Shown one piece after another: positions 41,447 through 54,900 of a stretch of 64,000 nucleotides of DNA. The translations under genes and the position numbers were made by a program. The stretch's first letter is position 1. The number at the start of each line of letters is the position of its first letter. The stretch covers positions 30,132,001 to 30,196,000 of the forward strand of contig CM022671.1 in NCBI GenBank assembly GCA_012295275.1, in the 5' to 3' direction. A model generated the notes under the pieces. The model searched no databases. It saw only the letters and a list, made by a program, of their open reading frames with translations, and had not been told where the DNA came from. This DNA is from Chrysomallon squamiferum. Taxonomy: Eukaryota; Animalia; Mollusca.

Positions 41447-41548
41447 GTGTATGTATGTATATATGTATGTTTAAAAAAAAAAATTTAAACTTACAAAATT
41501 TTATTCTATTTTCTAATTAGACACAAAAAATATATAATTTTTGGTTTA

Positions 41549-41587
<39 letters not shown>

Positions 41588-41675
41588 CTAATTAATAATA
41601 ATAATGATAATAATAATAATAATAATAAATAAATAAATAAATAATAATAATAACAACAACAACAATAAAACAATA

Positions 41676-41710
<35 letters not shown>

Positions 41711-42057
41711 CTTTTATATTAAAATATGTCTTCTATTTCCATGCTCTAATGCATTTTCAGTGGTCATGTAGAAAAAAGTACCTGTTTCGTCGTGCACCTG
41801 AAGTTTTCACAAAACCTTCTGGACAGTGGATAACTGGACATTTGTAACCACCTCGGATGTTAACACAGAACGCATCAGGCTGCTGACAGTATGCTGAGCC
41901 TGACTCACACTCATTGATATCTGAAATTAAACACAGGCAGTGTATATATATCTATCTGTCTGTCTGTCTGTCTGTCTGTGTGTCTATCTGTCTGTCTATC
42001 TGTCTATCTATATATCTATCTATCTATCTATCTCTCTGTCTATCTATCTATCCATCC

Positions 42058-42145
<88 letters not shown>

Positions 42146-42189
42146 CTCTGTCTATCTATCTATCTATCTATCTATCTATCCATCCATCC

Positions 42190-42246
<57 letters not shown>

Positions 42247-42833
42247 TCTATCTCTGTCTATCTATCTATCTATCCATCTATCTGTCTATCTTATCTATCT
42301 GTCTGTCTGTCTAGCTTATCTATCTGTCTGTGTACCAGGTTATCTATCTATCTGTCTGTCTATCTGCCTGTCTATCTGTCTATTTATCTATGTATGTATG
42401 TATGTATGTAGATATATAAAAAAACATACACACACAAACGCACACACAAATATATATAAATTAAAAACACATAGGTGTCAATAACAGATTAAAATTTTAT
42501 AGGCACCTCTGTGTTTATGAAATGTCAGTAAAATTATAAACAGTACGTGTAACGTCTGTACGCATGTGTGTCTACTTGTGTAAATGTTCATACAATTATA
42601 TAAACTGATCAACAAAATACAAACCTTCACAAGAGCGCCCATCAGCTTTGAGCCTCCAGCCTTCAGGACATTCACATCTGTAAGAACCCTGCAGGTTGAC
42701 ACACCGCCCTCCACACACCCCCGCCCTGATTCCATTCACTGAGCCAAACTGTGTGCACTCATTGATATCTTTAAAATAAACAAATCAACAAACCTTAATA
42801 TTTTCAATTATTTGCTACTTAATAGCTGGGTGA

Positions 42834-42864
<31 letters not shown>

Positions 42865-43538
42865 ACTATTGAAATTTAGTACATTTTAGTATTATAATAT
42901 TATTTAGTGATCTTAAAATGTCTCTATAAAACATAGCATAAATAATTTTGTATCCTTTGAAGGAATTATCTTATTAAAAATTGAATACCAATCTTTCCTA
43001 AAAATAAAGTATGACAATAAAAATGTTATGTCCTTGCAAACTTTTCACTATTTGTATGAAGAAAAATGTATTTCAAAAGTCCATAATGACAATAAAACAA
43101 ACACTACCTTACTTTGAAAAGCATCACAAGTTGTATAGTCATTTATTTCAAAACTACTGAAAAACATCTTTCCATCATGATCAAAACATCCAGAAGCAAA
43201 AGGTAAATTTAAAAATTTTAAAATCTCAGAAAATAACTCTACCTTCACACAGACGTCTGTCATCTGCTAGCTGGTAACCACGGTGACAGGAGCAGAAGTA
43301 TGATCCTACCACATTGACACATGTATGATGACAAAGATTTGGAGTCTGGCATTCATCTATGTCTGTAATTAGAATATATAATGTTGAATTTCATGTTATC
43401 TGTGATATCTGTTCTTTGTTTTTGTCCATAATATATTTTTCTTATTTAATACATTATCTTAATTTGAATAATAAATAAGTTTGTAGAGATTATATTCATG
43501 TATGTGTTTGCATTTGTACATATGCATGTGTGCATGCT

Positions 43539-43574
<36 letters not shown>

Positions 43575-45408
43575 CCATACTCTTATAACCATGCTTATAT
43601 ATATACACTCACAAACACACACATTAATTCACACACACATATATAGTTTTAAAATTGTAATTTGAAGCTTGTGAACTCTGACCTTTACACTGGCCTTGAC
43701 CATCATCAACAAAACCTTCTTTACAAGCACACTGGTAACTCCCTGGAGAGTTTACACATTTGGAGTTAAATGGACAAATGGCTGCACCATAAGCACATTC
43801 ATCAATATCTGTAATAATAATAATAATAATAACAATAACAATAACAGTAACAACAACAACAATAATAATAAATAAATGATAAACCATATTATTATTAAAA
43901 AAAAATAATAACATAAAATAATAATAATGGAAATAATAGTTATAATAACAAAAACAACATAACAACAACAGCAACATTTTATTGAAAAATGTCAGTACAG
44001 TGTATTAAATATTTAAACAAGCATGTCCACTTCCTACAAGCCAATATATAAAAAAAAAATATTTACAATGATCTTGTAACACTTCATATATACTTCTAGC
44101 ATGCAAAACTTTTAAAAATATCCGTACATCTAAAAAGTGAAATATTAAAAAATTTCTTATGCACATAACAACATTTTACAAGAAAGATTTAAACATGCCT
44201 GCCACCTCTTAACAGACAGTATATTAAAAAAAAAAAAAAAAAAAAAAGAGTAAAAAAATGAATCAAAATGCAGTTATTTGGAGATGTTTTAATATATCTG
44301 TAATAGATAAGGCATTTCAATATACCTGTAACAGGTGATACATTTTAACCTACCTGTAACAGATTAATGTATCTGTAACAGATGAGAAAATTAACCTACC
44401 TGTACATCTCCCTCCAGAATTGTGCCTGAAACCTCGAGGACACTGACAGAAGTAACTTCCCTGTCTGTTGACACACTGCTGGTCTGGCCCACACCTGTGT
44501 GTGTTTGTCTCACACTCATCAATGTCTGTGTTCAGTAAACAAGTATAAATAAATAAGTAAATAAACAAACAAACAAACAAGTAAGTAAATAAATAAATAA
44601 GTAAACAAACAAACAAACAAGTATGTAAGTAAGTATGTAAGTAAATAAAAATATAGGTAAATAAATGAATACATAAATAGGTAAATAAATGAATAAATAA
44701 ATAAATAAGTAAACAAATAAATAAATATATAAGTAAATAAATAAATAAATAATTAAGTAAATAAATAAAAATAAATAAATAAATAAATAATCTAAAAATC
44801 AATGTTAAGAATAAATAAATAACATCATCTCTAAAAATGCATTTATAATTCAAAATATTTAGAATCAGAAGAACAGATCTGTTTGTTTATTATTATAAAA
44901 TATTTTTTTAATTCACAATCAGTACGAAAAATCTTCTTCTTCTTCTTCTTCTTATTATTATTATTATTTACTGGTACATCATTTTCATTATTTATTTATT
45001 TATATATTTGTTATTATTACCATTATCATCATCATTATAACACTGTTTTCATCATCATCATCAAGACCATCATCATCATTATTATCATGCTTATAAAATC
45101 AAAATAAAAGTCGTATGATTTTCAGTTATTAGCTTACCTACACACGTTCCACTTTCGCCAGGTTGAAATCCTGCCAAGCAATTCACCGAGCTGCGACAGA
45201 CATAAGAACCATGATTGTTAACACACTGTTTGTACTGACCACAAACATTGGGATATTCTGTACACTCGTTGATATCTGGAAAAACAAAGAAAATGAAATA
45301 ATGGAATTATCCAAAAGTACAAATGAATGGATGTTATATCACAAGAAATTTGATTTTATTTGATACAAAAATCAAAACATGACTTATAGTCATGAAAGAG
45401 GCATAAAG

Positions 45409-45440
<32 letters not shown>

Positions 45441-48400
45441 TTGCAATTATTTATTTATTTACTTATTTATCATCATCATTATTAATATTATTATTTTTTT
45501 CATTTATTTATTTATTTATTCTGCTATAGTAAATAAAGTTTTAATATACAATATATGGAGTGTTGGCTGTAAACAGGAAAATGCCCACTGAGAAAACTAA
45601 TTTACTAACTCTCTAACTTTACAAAATATACTGATTCAAATATCACTAACATCCCAACAAATTAACCTTTCTTCAAATCCATAGAGTCTAAATTCTTAAT
45701 GTCAGCCCATAACATGCCATAACCATGGAGATAAAAACAAAATCATCTCACCAATACATCTTCCAGCAGCATCAGGCCTCAGTCCAGTTCTGCAGACCAC
45801 TCTCTGACATTCACCTGTGGCAGGATTGAACCGGGTTCCATCAGGACACTCTGGTGGAATACAGCGAAATGATCCATTGTTGTTCTGACATTGATAACCC
45901 TTTCCACAGTTGTGTATGCCAAGTCTGCATTCATCAGTGTCTGTTAAAATGAAGTTGTTGTTTTTAGTTTTTTTTGATACATCAAAGTTTGTTACTGTGA
46001 GAGAAAGTTAATTCAAAATTAACAGATTGTTAAATTAATATAGTTTTCATAAATCAAAATTTTCTGCTGGTTAGAGTTTGTAAAAATAAAATTAATAAAT
46101 TGTTAAATTAATGTATTGTTTTATAAATCAAGTTCTCTAATAGTAACATCATGTTAAAATTAAATAAAAATGAGATTGTGTTTCATGTCATATTCATAAA
46201 GACAAATTTTGTTTACAAACAGAAGACATCCTTAAATAATCTACACATTTATATTTGAAGAAAAAAATAACGATAATAAAAAAATAATAAAAATAAATCA
46301 AAATATTCAGTGTAACATACCAATACATTTATAAATAATTATACCAATGATGTTTAATGATTTTTAAAGCTTTTTGAATTACAACAACAGACTATAAACC
46401 TGAACTCCCAAAATTAATCTTCTGGCACAAGTAAATAATAAACATAAATTCACAAACCAACACATCTCTGTGTGTTAGTGTCCAGGGTATATCCAGTTCC
46501 ACATGAGTAGATTCTCCTGCACACAAATGACCCCACTGTATTTTCACATCTTTCTCCTGTCCGACAGTTGTGAGTTCCCACAGCACACTCATTTAAATCT
46601 GTAAATAACAAGAAAAAACATTTTTGCACATTATTATATTTAATACCCGTGACAAACATAAAAGAAATCATAAACCTGAATGTAAGTATGTTGTGGTTTT
46701 TCAGAATACTGTATGATCTTAAAGAATACATTCAGAGAGTTAGCTTTGTTTAAAGCTATATGCATTATTATTATTACTATTATTATTATTGTTATTATTA
46801 TTACATTATTTGATTATTATTATATTATTATTAGTAGTATTAGTACTATTATCATCATATATCCAAGTGACCAACAATTTTTCAAATTAATCTTGTTGTG
46901 CAAGTAAAACACTTTTTAATTCAATTTTTATTTGTTTATCTATTTTTTTAAACAAATAACTAAAATTTAGACTTAAATATATTAGTAGTATTTATACTGA
47001 AATAAATGTAAATACATATTTTTTTTAATTAAAAAATAAATAAATAACAACAAAATTGATTACAAAAACCTATTAAAATTTAAAGGTGATGTATAGTTAC
47101 AAACAAAACAGAAAGCTACTAATAGTTATCAAGTATTAAACTATTAAAATATTCAACAAGTTTCTAGAACACATAGCTATGTTGTTGTCATGGAAATCAT
47201 CTGAACTGGGTACAGTTTTATGCACTATTCATCTTGCAATGCAAAGCTGAAAAGCTACATAATGAAAAATTACCATGGCAACAATTATATATGCCATTCC
47301 AAAGCTTACAATACAGACCACAGAAACCATGCAAATATAATAAGACAAATCGTCTACAGTCAGAAAGCTGCTTTATTATTTGTAACTAAATGAACTCTGC
47401 AAACCATTACAGTATTTTGCAAAATAAAGTTTACATGTTTATCAAAGCAACTGTAGCAATAAACATCCATTAAGAATTATTTAAAAAAGGAAACTAGATT
47501 TTAGTTGCTATAAGAAAATAAAGCATTCTTTTGCAAAGACATAATTTTGCATGGTGATTTTGCATGAAACAAGACTGGAATTTTGTTGCACAATAGGGGT
47601 GATTTTGCACACAACCAAGTCTGGACCTTTATTGTATTTTTACCAAATGTGGGTGAATTTGCACAAACACAGTTGGATTTATAATGCATAATATTAGGTA
47701 ATAAGGGTGATTTTTGCAAAAAAGCAAGACAGTGTTTTCAGTTACCATGACATTTCCGAGTTCTATTATTATACTCGTATCCAAAATCACATTCACAAGT
47801 GAATGACCCATTCAGATTTTTGCACAGCTGATGGTCACCAAAACAATTGTGTTGGAAAACTGTACATTCATCAATGTCTTCAGAACGAAAGAAGAAGAAG
47901 AAGAAAAATATCTATTTAAAAATAGGTTTAGTTTTTGGTATTAAATCATAAACTCTAATAAAGTAAAAAAATAAAAAAAGAGAAAAAAATAAAAATAATT
48001 TTTACAATATACTAAAAAACAAGTGACAGAATTATTTAGAAAAAAGATAAAATAAATAAAAGCTTTGCCCAATAATGATTAAGACTAATTAATACTGATG
48101 GTTCACATATAGTTTTCAATGGTCTTATCACTTATGTTTTACCTCCAAGTTTAGCAAAAAGGTACCAATACATCTGTGTTAGACATTTTACAATCTTATT
48201 CAACATTAATCCTGAACCAAGCATTATCACAGAGATTGCCATAGTCACTTAACATCTCTTTTCAGTTCTGCTTAACCCATATTTAATTTGTTTTTAATAA
48301 TGACCATGACCATTTTCTGACCTCTCCAAATCTGATTTTAAAAAAAAATTGGATCCTGTCAGGGATATCATCTATCAAATGATTTTTTTTTTAATTTTCT

Positions 48401-48877
48401 TTTCTTGCATTTTATTTTTATTCTTTTACACTTTAAAAAAAAATCATGTCATATTTATTTGTCAGAGGTTTTGACACGACCTCAAAGGTCACTGACCTTC
48501 ACATCTCTTTGAGACGCTGTTAAAGGCAAATCCTTGTCGACAGTTTCGCGTCTGCTCACATCGACCTGTGTCAGGATTTAGGACATATCCTCTAGGACAT
48601 TCGACTGGTTGACAGCTGTATCGTCCAATCACGTTGATGCACTGTTCCCGAGGTCCACAGCTGGCCAAACCTTCAGCACATTCATCAATATCTTTAAAAA
48701 AAAATTAAAAATGTAAATTTATTTTTCATCAGTATTTGTGTATTTTGTGAGAAACAAAAATAATATTGCTAAATTTTATAATTTTTTTTTTCTTATTATT
48801 AATATTACTTTATTTCATTTTAAATATCACAATCACTAAAATACAAAATCATACCCAGATAAACATTTAAAAACATC

Positions 48878-48917
<40 letters not shown>

Positions 48918-50763
48918 GACACACATACACATACTCACATACTCAAATACATGTCAGATTCTTTTATGTCTTCATTTTGTTTTTATTTTTTAAATATTCA
49001 TAAAAAGCATCATTTAAAAATATATTTAGTACTAAATAAATTTGGTATCATCTTAATTGTCATCTAAAGGATCATATTTCAAGACAAACTGGATACAAGA
49101 TATTCATATACTTCTTTTTCACAGCATCTCATAACCATGATAATAAATATTATTAGTTAGTTGGTTTTGTGATTATTTTCATTTCCAAAGGAGCTGAGGC
49201 TACAACAATGTCAATTAAAAAACCTGAAAAAAAAAAAAAAAATTTAAATTAAAATTAAATTAATTAAACATACCACTGCATGTTGTTTCATCTGGATTCA
49301 GTCTGAATCCCTCATAACAGCCACAGATAACTCTTCCTGACTGGTCACTGCAACTCTGTTCACATGGATTGTTATCAGCACAGTTGAAAGTCTCTGAATT
49401 AATTTATATGAAAAATAAATAAATAAATAAAAAAATTTATAAATTCCGTAAAAATGTACAAATATATGCAAAATATTATATATATTTAAATTCAATAATT
49501 TGCTGTTAGAACAGAGAAAAATTGTAATCAATGGCATCTTTTAACAAAAGATTTATTGAAAGTTAACAGTCTATAGTAAAAAAAATATATATTTTATCTA
49601 GCAAATGATTTTTATTTGATTTTTAACTCCATCATTCTTTCTACATTTAGTGTCTTTAACTTTTTTATGGCCTTGTTAATTATAATGATTTTCTTTTTTT
49701 ATCATCACCATTATTTTATGATTTACAACATTTTGCCATTCTATTGAAATTAACTTTCATATCAAATTTGTGACTTGAAGTAAATGATTTAAATTAATAA
49801 ATAGCTAAACACTTCAATTTTTCACAATCACGAACACTATTACTATTATATCATGCATAAAATATAAAACAAGCCAAGCATATCTTCTGGTTTAATATAA
49901 TTTTTAAGCAGGAGCCAAGAGCTATGCTAAAGTTACATAAAAGAAGCTGTGACATATCATACATTTGAAATAATCTTATTATTGTTATTGTTGCTATGAA
50001 ACCATATATTTGTAATTAAAATTAATTCTGACAGTAAAAATGCTAAAAACCAAAGCCAGATTAAATTAATTTTAAAATTATAAATTTTTATTACAAATAA
50101 ATTAATCTGAATATAAACCAAATATTTGAGTGTAAAATTTGTTAAGTATATTACCTTCAACTGTATTATAAATAAATAAATAAATAAATAAAGACAATAT
50201 AAAGAAAAAAATAAATCAAAATAATATATAAACAAACAAACACATAAACAAACAAACAAACAAACAAACAATTAAAACAAACAAACAAATAAATCAGACC
50301 TAGCTATTATTATTATTATTATTTTCTGTTTTTAATGTTTTCACCTTTCATTCGACAAGTTCTGCCATCTTCATCCAGCACATAGCCCTCATAACATTCA
50401 CAGCGAAAACTTCCTGGCGTATTAATACAGCGATGGGAACAAATCTTATTTGGGAACAAGGCACATTCGTCCTGATCATCCTGTCCCTCCCATCCACTGT
50501 CACCTTGGCTGTCAGTATGTGCTGTGTTAATATATTACAGGACAATCATTAATCGACTCAGACCAAATATCAGTGTTTTATCATTTAGATGTCAGGTTAA
50601 TTTCCATAACAAAATTAGTAAAAAAAAAAAAAAACAGTTATTTTCCTTCAACAATGTGGTGAATCTTATATGAGCAATTTTTGGGGTGGGGGAAAGACAA
50701 TGAAGAGTTATCTCCCCAGACAAAACTATTCTGAAATAGTGATATGTGGTTCTTTCCCATCAT

Positions 50764-50797
<34 letters not shown>

Positions 50798-51362
50798 TAT
50801 TTAATTGTTGATACAAAGAATAGAGCCTACCATTTTCCTTTCTTTAAAGATTAAATATATTACAGTGTTTAACATATGCTTTAAAAATGGTAAACTATTG
50901 GAAAATACATAATTATATGGCTTAATAATTTATTAAATATTTATTTTAGTGATTTGTAGCAGAAGGAATTTCAAGCTATTTTATAAAAGCTGCAGGTTGT
51001 TAGTGTACTGCTGCAAGCATATTATAGATAGACAAGCACAAAAGCATTTAAATAAATCTGCATAAACTATACAAAATGCACTATAAATTTAAATTGGCTT
51101 CTTAATATTATAAATATGAACAAAAATAATAAAAGATGAAATTTTTTTGTTTTGTTAATTTTATTTTTACTTGTGGATATATGGATATGACCATAACTGT
51201 CTCAAACTTTTTAGAATTTTCATCAAAACAAGATGAAAAAGGTTTTGTATATAAAACAGAAAATTAGAGACCGTTTTATTTATCCTTTGTTCATTTCCCA
51301 TTTTCTCTTTCTACCTAACTGTCTCTCTCTGTTTCTTTCTTTCTCTCTCCCTGTCTTCTTAG

Positions 51363-51410
<48 letters not shown>

Positions 51411-52324
51411 TTTCACACTTTCTCTTTCTCTCTCTCAGATTATTCAAAACTATATGTGATTATTCAAAAGTATATATGTGTACATCTCCAGTATAACTCT
51501 GACTACTATTACTAAGAAACGTACCTCCAGTGTGTGTGCTGTTCTGTCTCTGTTTGTTACAACACTCCCAGTAGTTAGCATCGCATGGGTCACCATACGA
51601 GGGACTGTCGCAAGGCAAACCCGACTGGTACGCAGTCAGACCAAGTCGACAGCAGTGACAACATTCCTGTAAATGAAGCAATGTGTTGCAGTTGCTGCTG
51701 ATGAAGATGATGGTAATAAAACTATTTCATAATTTTCAATGTTGTATGCAGTTATCGTATGATAATGATGATGAAAACTATTTCAAAATTTTCCTTATTT
51801 TTACCATACAATAATGATGATGGTGATGGTAATGTTTAAGTGGGCTTTTATGATTATTTGTGGTTGCTATGGTAATGTTTTGATGAATATATTTTGCTAT
51901 GGGTTAAACAACTATCTGTAGCAATGGCTGCAACCAGCATTAATCCTTTCAGACTTACAATATGTGAACAAAAAAAAGCTTTGTAGTGTAGTTATGTCAA
52001 TTAATAAAATAATTTCAAGTGTTGATTTCAATCTACATCTTGGTCTAGAACTGATTATTTTAAAAATTTTATTAGGAATATTAGTAGTAGTAGAATATTC
52101 CAGTAGTAGTAGTTGTAGTAGTAGTGGTATTTTATTTTGCAAACAGATTATTACTTATTTGAAACTGAAATTATTTTGACAGATTATTTTAGTTAATTAT
52201 TATTATTATTTTATTTATTATTTATTATTGTTATTTTAATTAACATTATTTCATAAACAAATTAGTCATTTATCAGATTTTTTTATTTTATTATTACATC
52301 TTATTATTAAAGTTTTATTAATTA

Positions 52325-52401
<77 letters not shown>

Positions 52402-54900
52402 TTTATTATTCATTATTTTATTATTTTTCTGTTTCAAAAGATTTACCATGAACTGTTCAGCACCAGGATCTGTGTCTCGCACAGTACAAATCTGTTGAGC
52501 TAGTGCAGTGGTTTTCCCTGCTAAACACTGCTGCACGTGGATTTCCTTCATGCAGCACACAGACATGATGGACATGCAGCTGAGGTGGTCCTCAGCTGAG
52601 ACGTTGCTGACCTGGACGTTGATGCCGTTACATCGGCCGTTGTTCATGGACCAGCGTATACCTTCAACACAGCACGGTGTTAAGATGTCTGTCAAGATGT
52701 CTGCAAAGAAAATAAATAATTTAATTACTTATTTGTAATTGTTTTGTTAATTTAAAATGTTTTTCTGTTTAAATATTGTTTAGGTCATTAAATAAATGTA
52801 ACTGTTGGGGTTTATGAATATTGGTTTGTATAAATAAATACATAAATAAATAAAATCCCCTTGAAGAAAAAAATGGCTGCTAAAAAACTATTTAATTATA
52901 AGGAATACCAAAGAAAGCTTCATGTGATGTCTGCCCCATCACTGGTTTTATTGCAGACTCTATAAACAGGTGTTGTCATTTTGTTTTGATTTGGGGTTAT
53001 TTTTTCTTGTTATCTATTTATTTATTTGATTTATTTTACTGACTTTATTATTATTATTATTCTTATTATTATTATTATTTTTTTTTTGTTATTTTATTGA
53101 TTCTTTTTTATTTTTGTTAAATAGGATTCCTTTAGATCTTATTAGTTTTTCCTAAGTTTTCATTCACTGTGAATTTTGTCTTGCTTTTTAAAAATATTTT
53201 TACTCATCATTTTTATTTGATACTTTAATTTTACTTTAACATATATATATTTTGAATTTATGTACACTTCTTATTTATTATTTTTTTATATTATATTTTT
53301 TTTATTTATTACTATTATGTCATTTAATTATTACTGCAGTTAATTTATTTATTAACAATTATTTCAATTAATTATTCTTTTTTCTCAGTTTCATTTTTAA
53401 CTCAGAAATTAATATATTATAATTCACACTATGTGTTTGCAAAATCTACGTTCATGGTGACTACACATTTGAGGTCATCTGACAGGAAATGACTTCTTCA
53501 ACTGACCACATCTTGTACCAGTATCTGCAGTAACAGGCAGGAAACCACATCTTGGTCTCAAACCAGCTTTAATTTCTCAAAATTTGTAGCAGTTTTTATA
53601 ATAAATAAATAAACTGTTAAATTTTAAAGAAAAGTTGAGATTTTTTTTGTTTTTAATTTATATATTCATTGTTTATGTTAATTTCTAAATAGAATGAACA
53701 ATGATTTTTTAAAAATAATTTTAACAACAACAAATTTAAAATAATCAATTAATGGTTAATATTGTTAATTTCTAAAATAGAATGAACAATAATAATAATA
53801 AAATCATAATAAATGACAATTTAAATATCTTTCATACTGAAGAGAAATATCTTTTTTCCTTTGCCTTTCCTAATTTTGTTATATTCATTTCTTTTCATTT
53901 TTTTCTTTCTCTCTGTTCTTTTCCATTTAAGTTTTTATTATTTTTCATAAAAAAAATTAAATTAAATTAAATTAAATTAAAAATTAAAAAAAATGAATAC
54001 AAATTTGTTAACAGTTATTTTTTGATGGTTTATCCTCAATTTTCAACTCAGAAATTTATTTACCTAGAGCTAATTAAATTCAGTTTATAATTATAATTAT
54101 AAAATTTTTCAAAACAATTAAAAACTATTTTGAGTAGTTTTTATAGCAATCTACTTTGTTATACATGTATTATCTTTCTTGGGTAATTGACAGTATGTAT
54201 ATCAGATTACTGATGGAGAGAAGAATGAATGAACAGATGGATGGAATGTTGGATGGATGAAGAAAAAACACATATATTAGTACTAAATATATAAAAATTA
54301 ATATGAAAAGTACTAAAAAGAGAAAAAACACATGAAACCTGTTAAGAAAATTTTTTTTAAATAAAAATGGAGAACAAAAAAGAAAATAGAAAAATGAAAG
54401 AAAGGAAGAATAATTTTAAGAAGCAATAAATGAAAGAAACAAAAAAAAAGAGCAAAAGACAGAAACTGAAACAAGTCAAAGAGAGAAAAAAAAAAAAAGA
54501 AAAAATATTCCTTTAAATTAATAATTTAAATAAAAAGAAAACCCAGGTTTTTTTTTTTTTCCCAAGCATAACCTCATTTTCATTAGTAGTATTCTAGTAA
54601 ATGTAATTTAACCCCATTTTGTTATCAACAGCCAAACTGTCTAGATTCAGAATCCATTGTTTTTAGCTTATCATTTTACAACAATGCCAAACAACAGCAG
54701 AGGAAACAATCAACGCAATAAAACATAAAATTTTACAATTTTTTTTTTTTTTTTTTTTATTAAAAAATAAAATAAAATAATAATAATATTACAACATTTA
54801 ACCCTCTAAAAAAAAGATAATTAATTAATAAATACTCACTGTGTGTGTTTTGTAAAACAGAAATAAAGAGAAGAATGAAAAGTGCACTCTTTGAAGACAT
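39732..54900 (-). CDS. FBLN1: Fibulin-1/2-like extracellular matrix protein, isoform with proximal (1C-like) domain III, ~865 aa
   Basis: Signal-peptide exon 54900-54840 ([20 protein letters not shown]). Anaphylatoxin-like CC-rich exons 52700-52447 and 51666-51525. Twelve EGF/cbEGF exons, mostly starting D-I-D/N-E-C: 50521-50345, 49393-49274, 48691-48497, 47877-47746, 46598-46458, 45940-45752, 45275-45138, 44525-44400, 43808-43683, 43362-43243, 42768-42625, 41920-41782. Terminal exon 40125-39732 ([10 protein letters not shown]...[21 protein letters not shown]...LYITDDALV*). Phases are consistent. The AT + cbEGF + fibulin C-domain architecture is diagnostic; orthology to FBLN1 versus the FBLN1/2 ancestor is not resolved. 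Confidence 0.88.
41950..42410. repeat. Compound (TCTA)n/(TCTG)n tetranucleotide microsatellite in a fibulin intron
   Basis: Read directly; it explains three spurious overlapping ORFs in the track. Confidence 0.95.
47550..47735. repeat. Degenerate ~44-54 bp tandem repeat with GGTGATTTTGCA core
   Basis: Core copies at about 47553, 47597, 47651 and 47705. Confidence 0.7.
52320..52405. repeat. (ATT)n microsatellite
   Basis: Read directly. Confidence 0.9.

Noticed and set aside
53450-53524. Possible extra fibulin coding exon after a CTGCAG acceptor
   Set aside because: The required phase-1 frame hits TGA after ~16 codons, and the flanking exons already join in frame.
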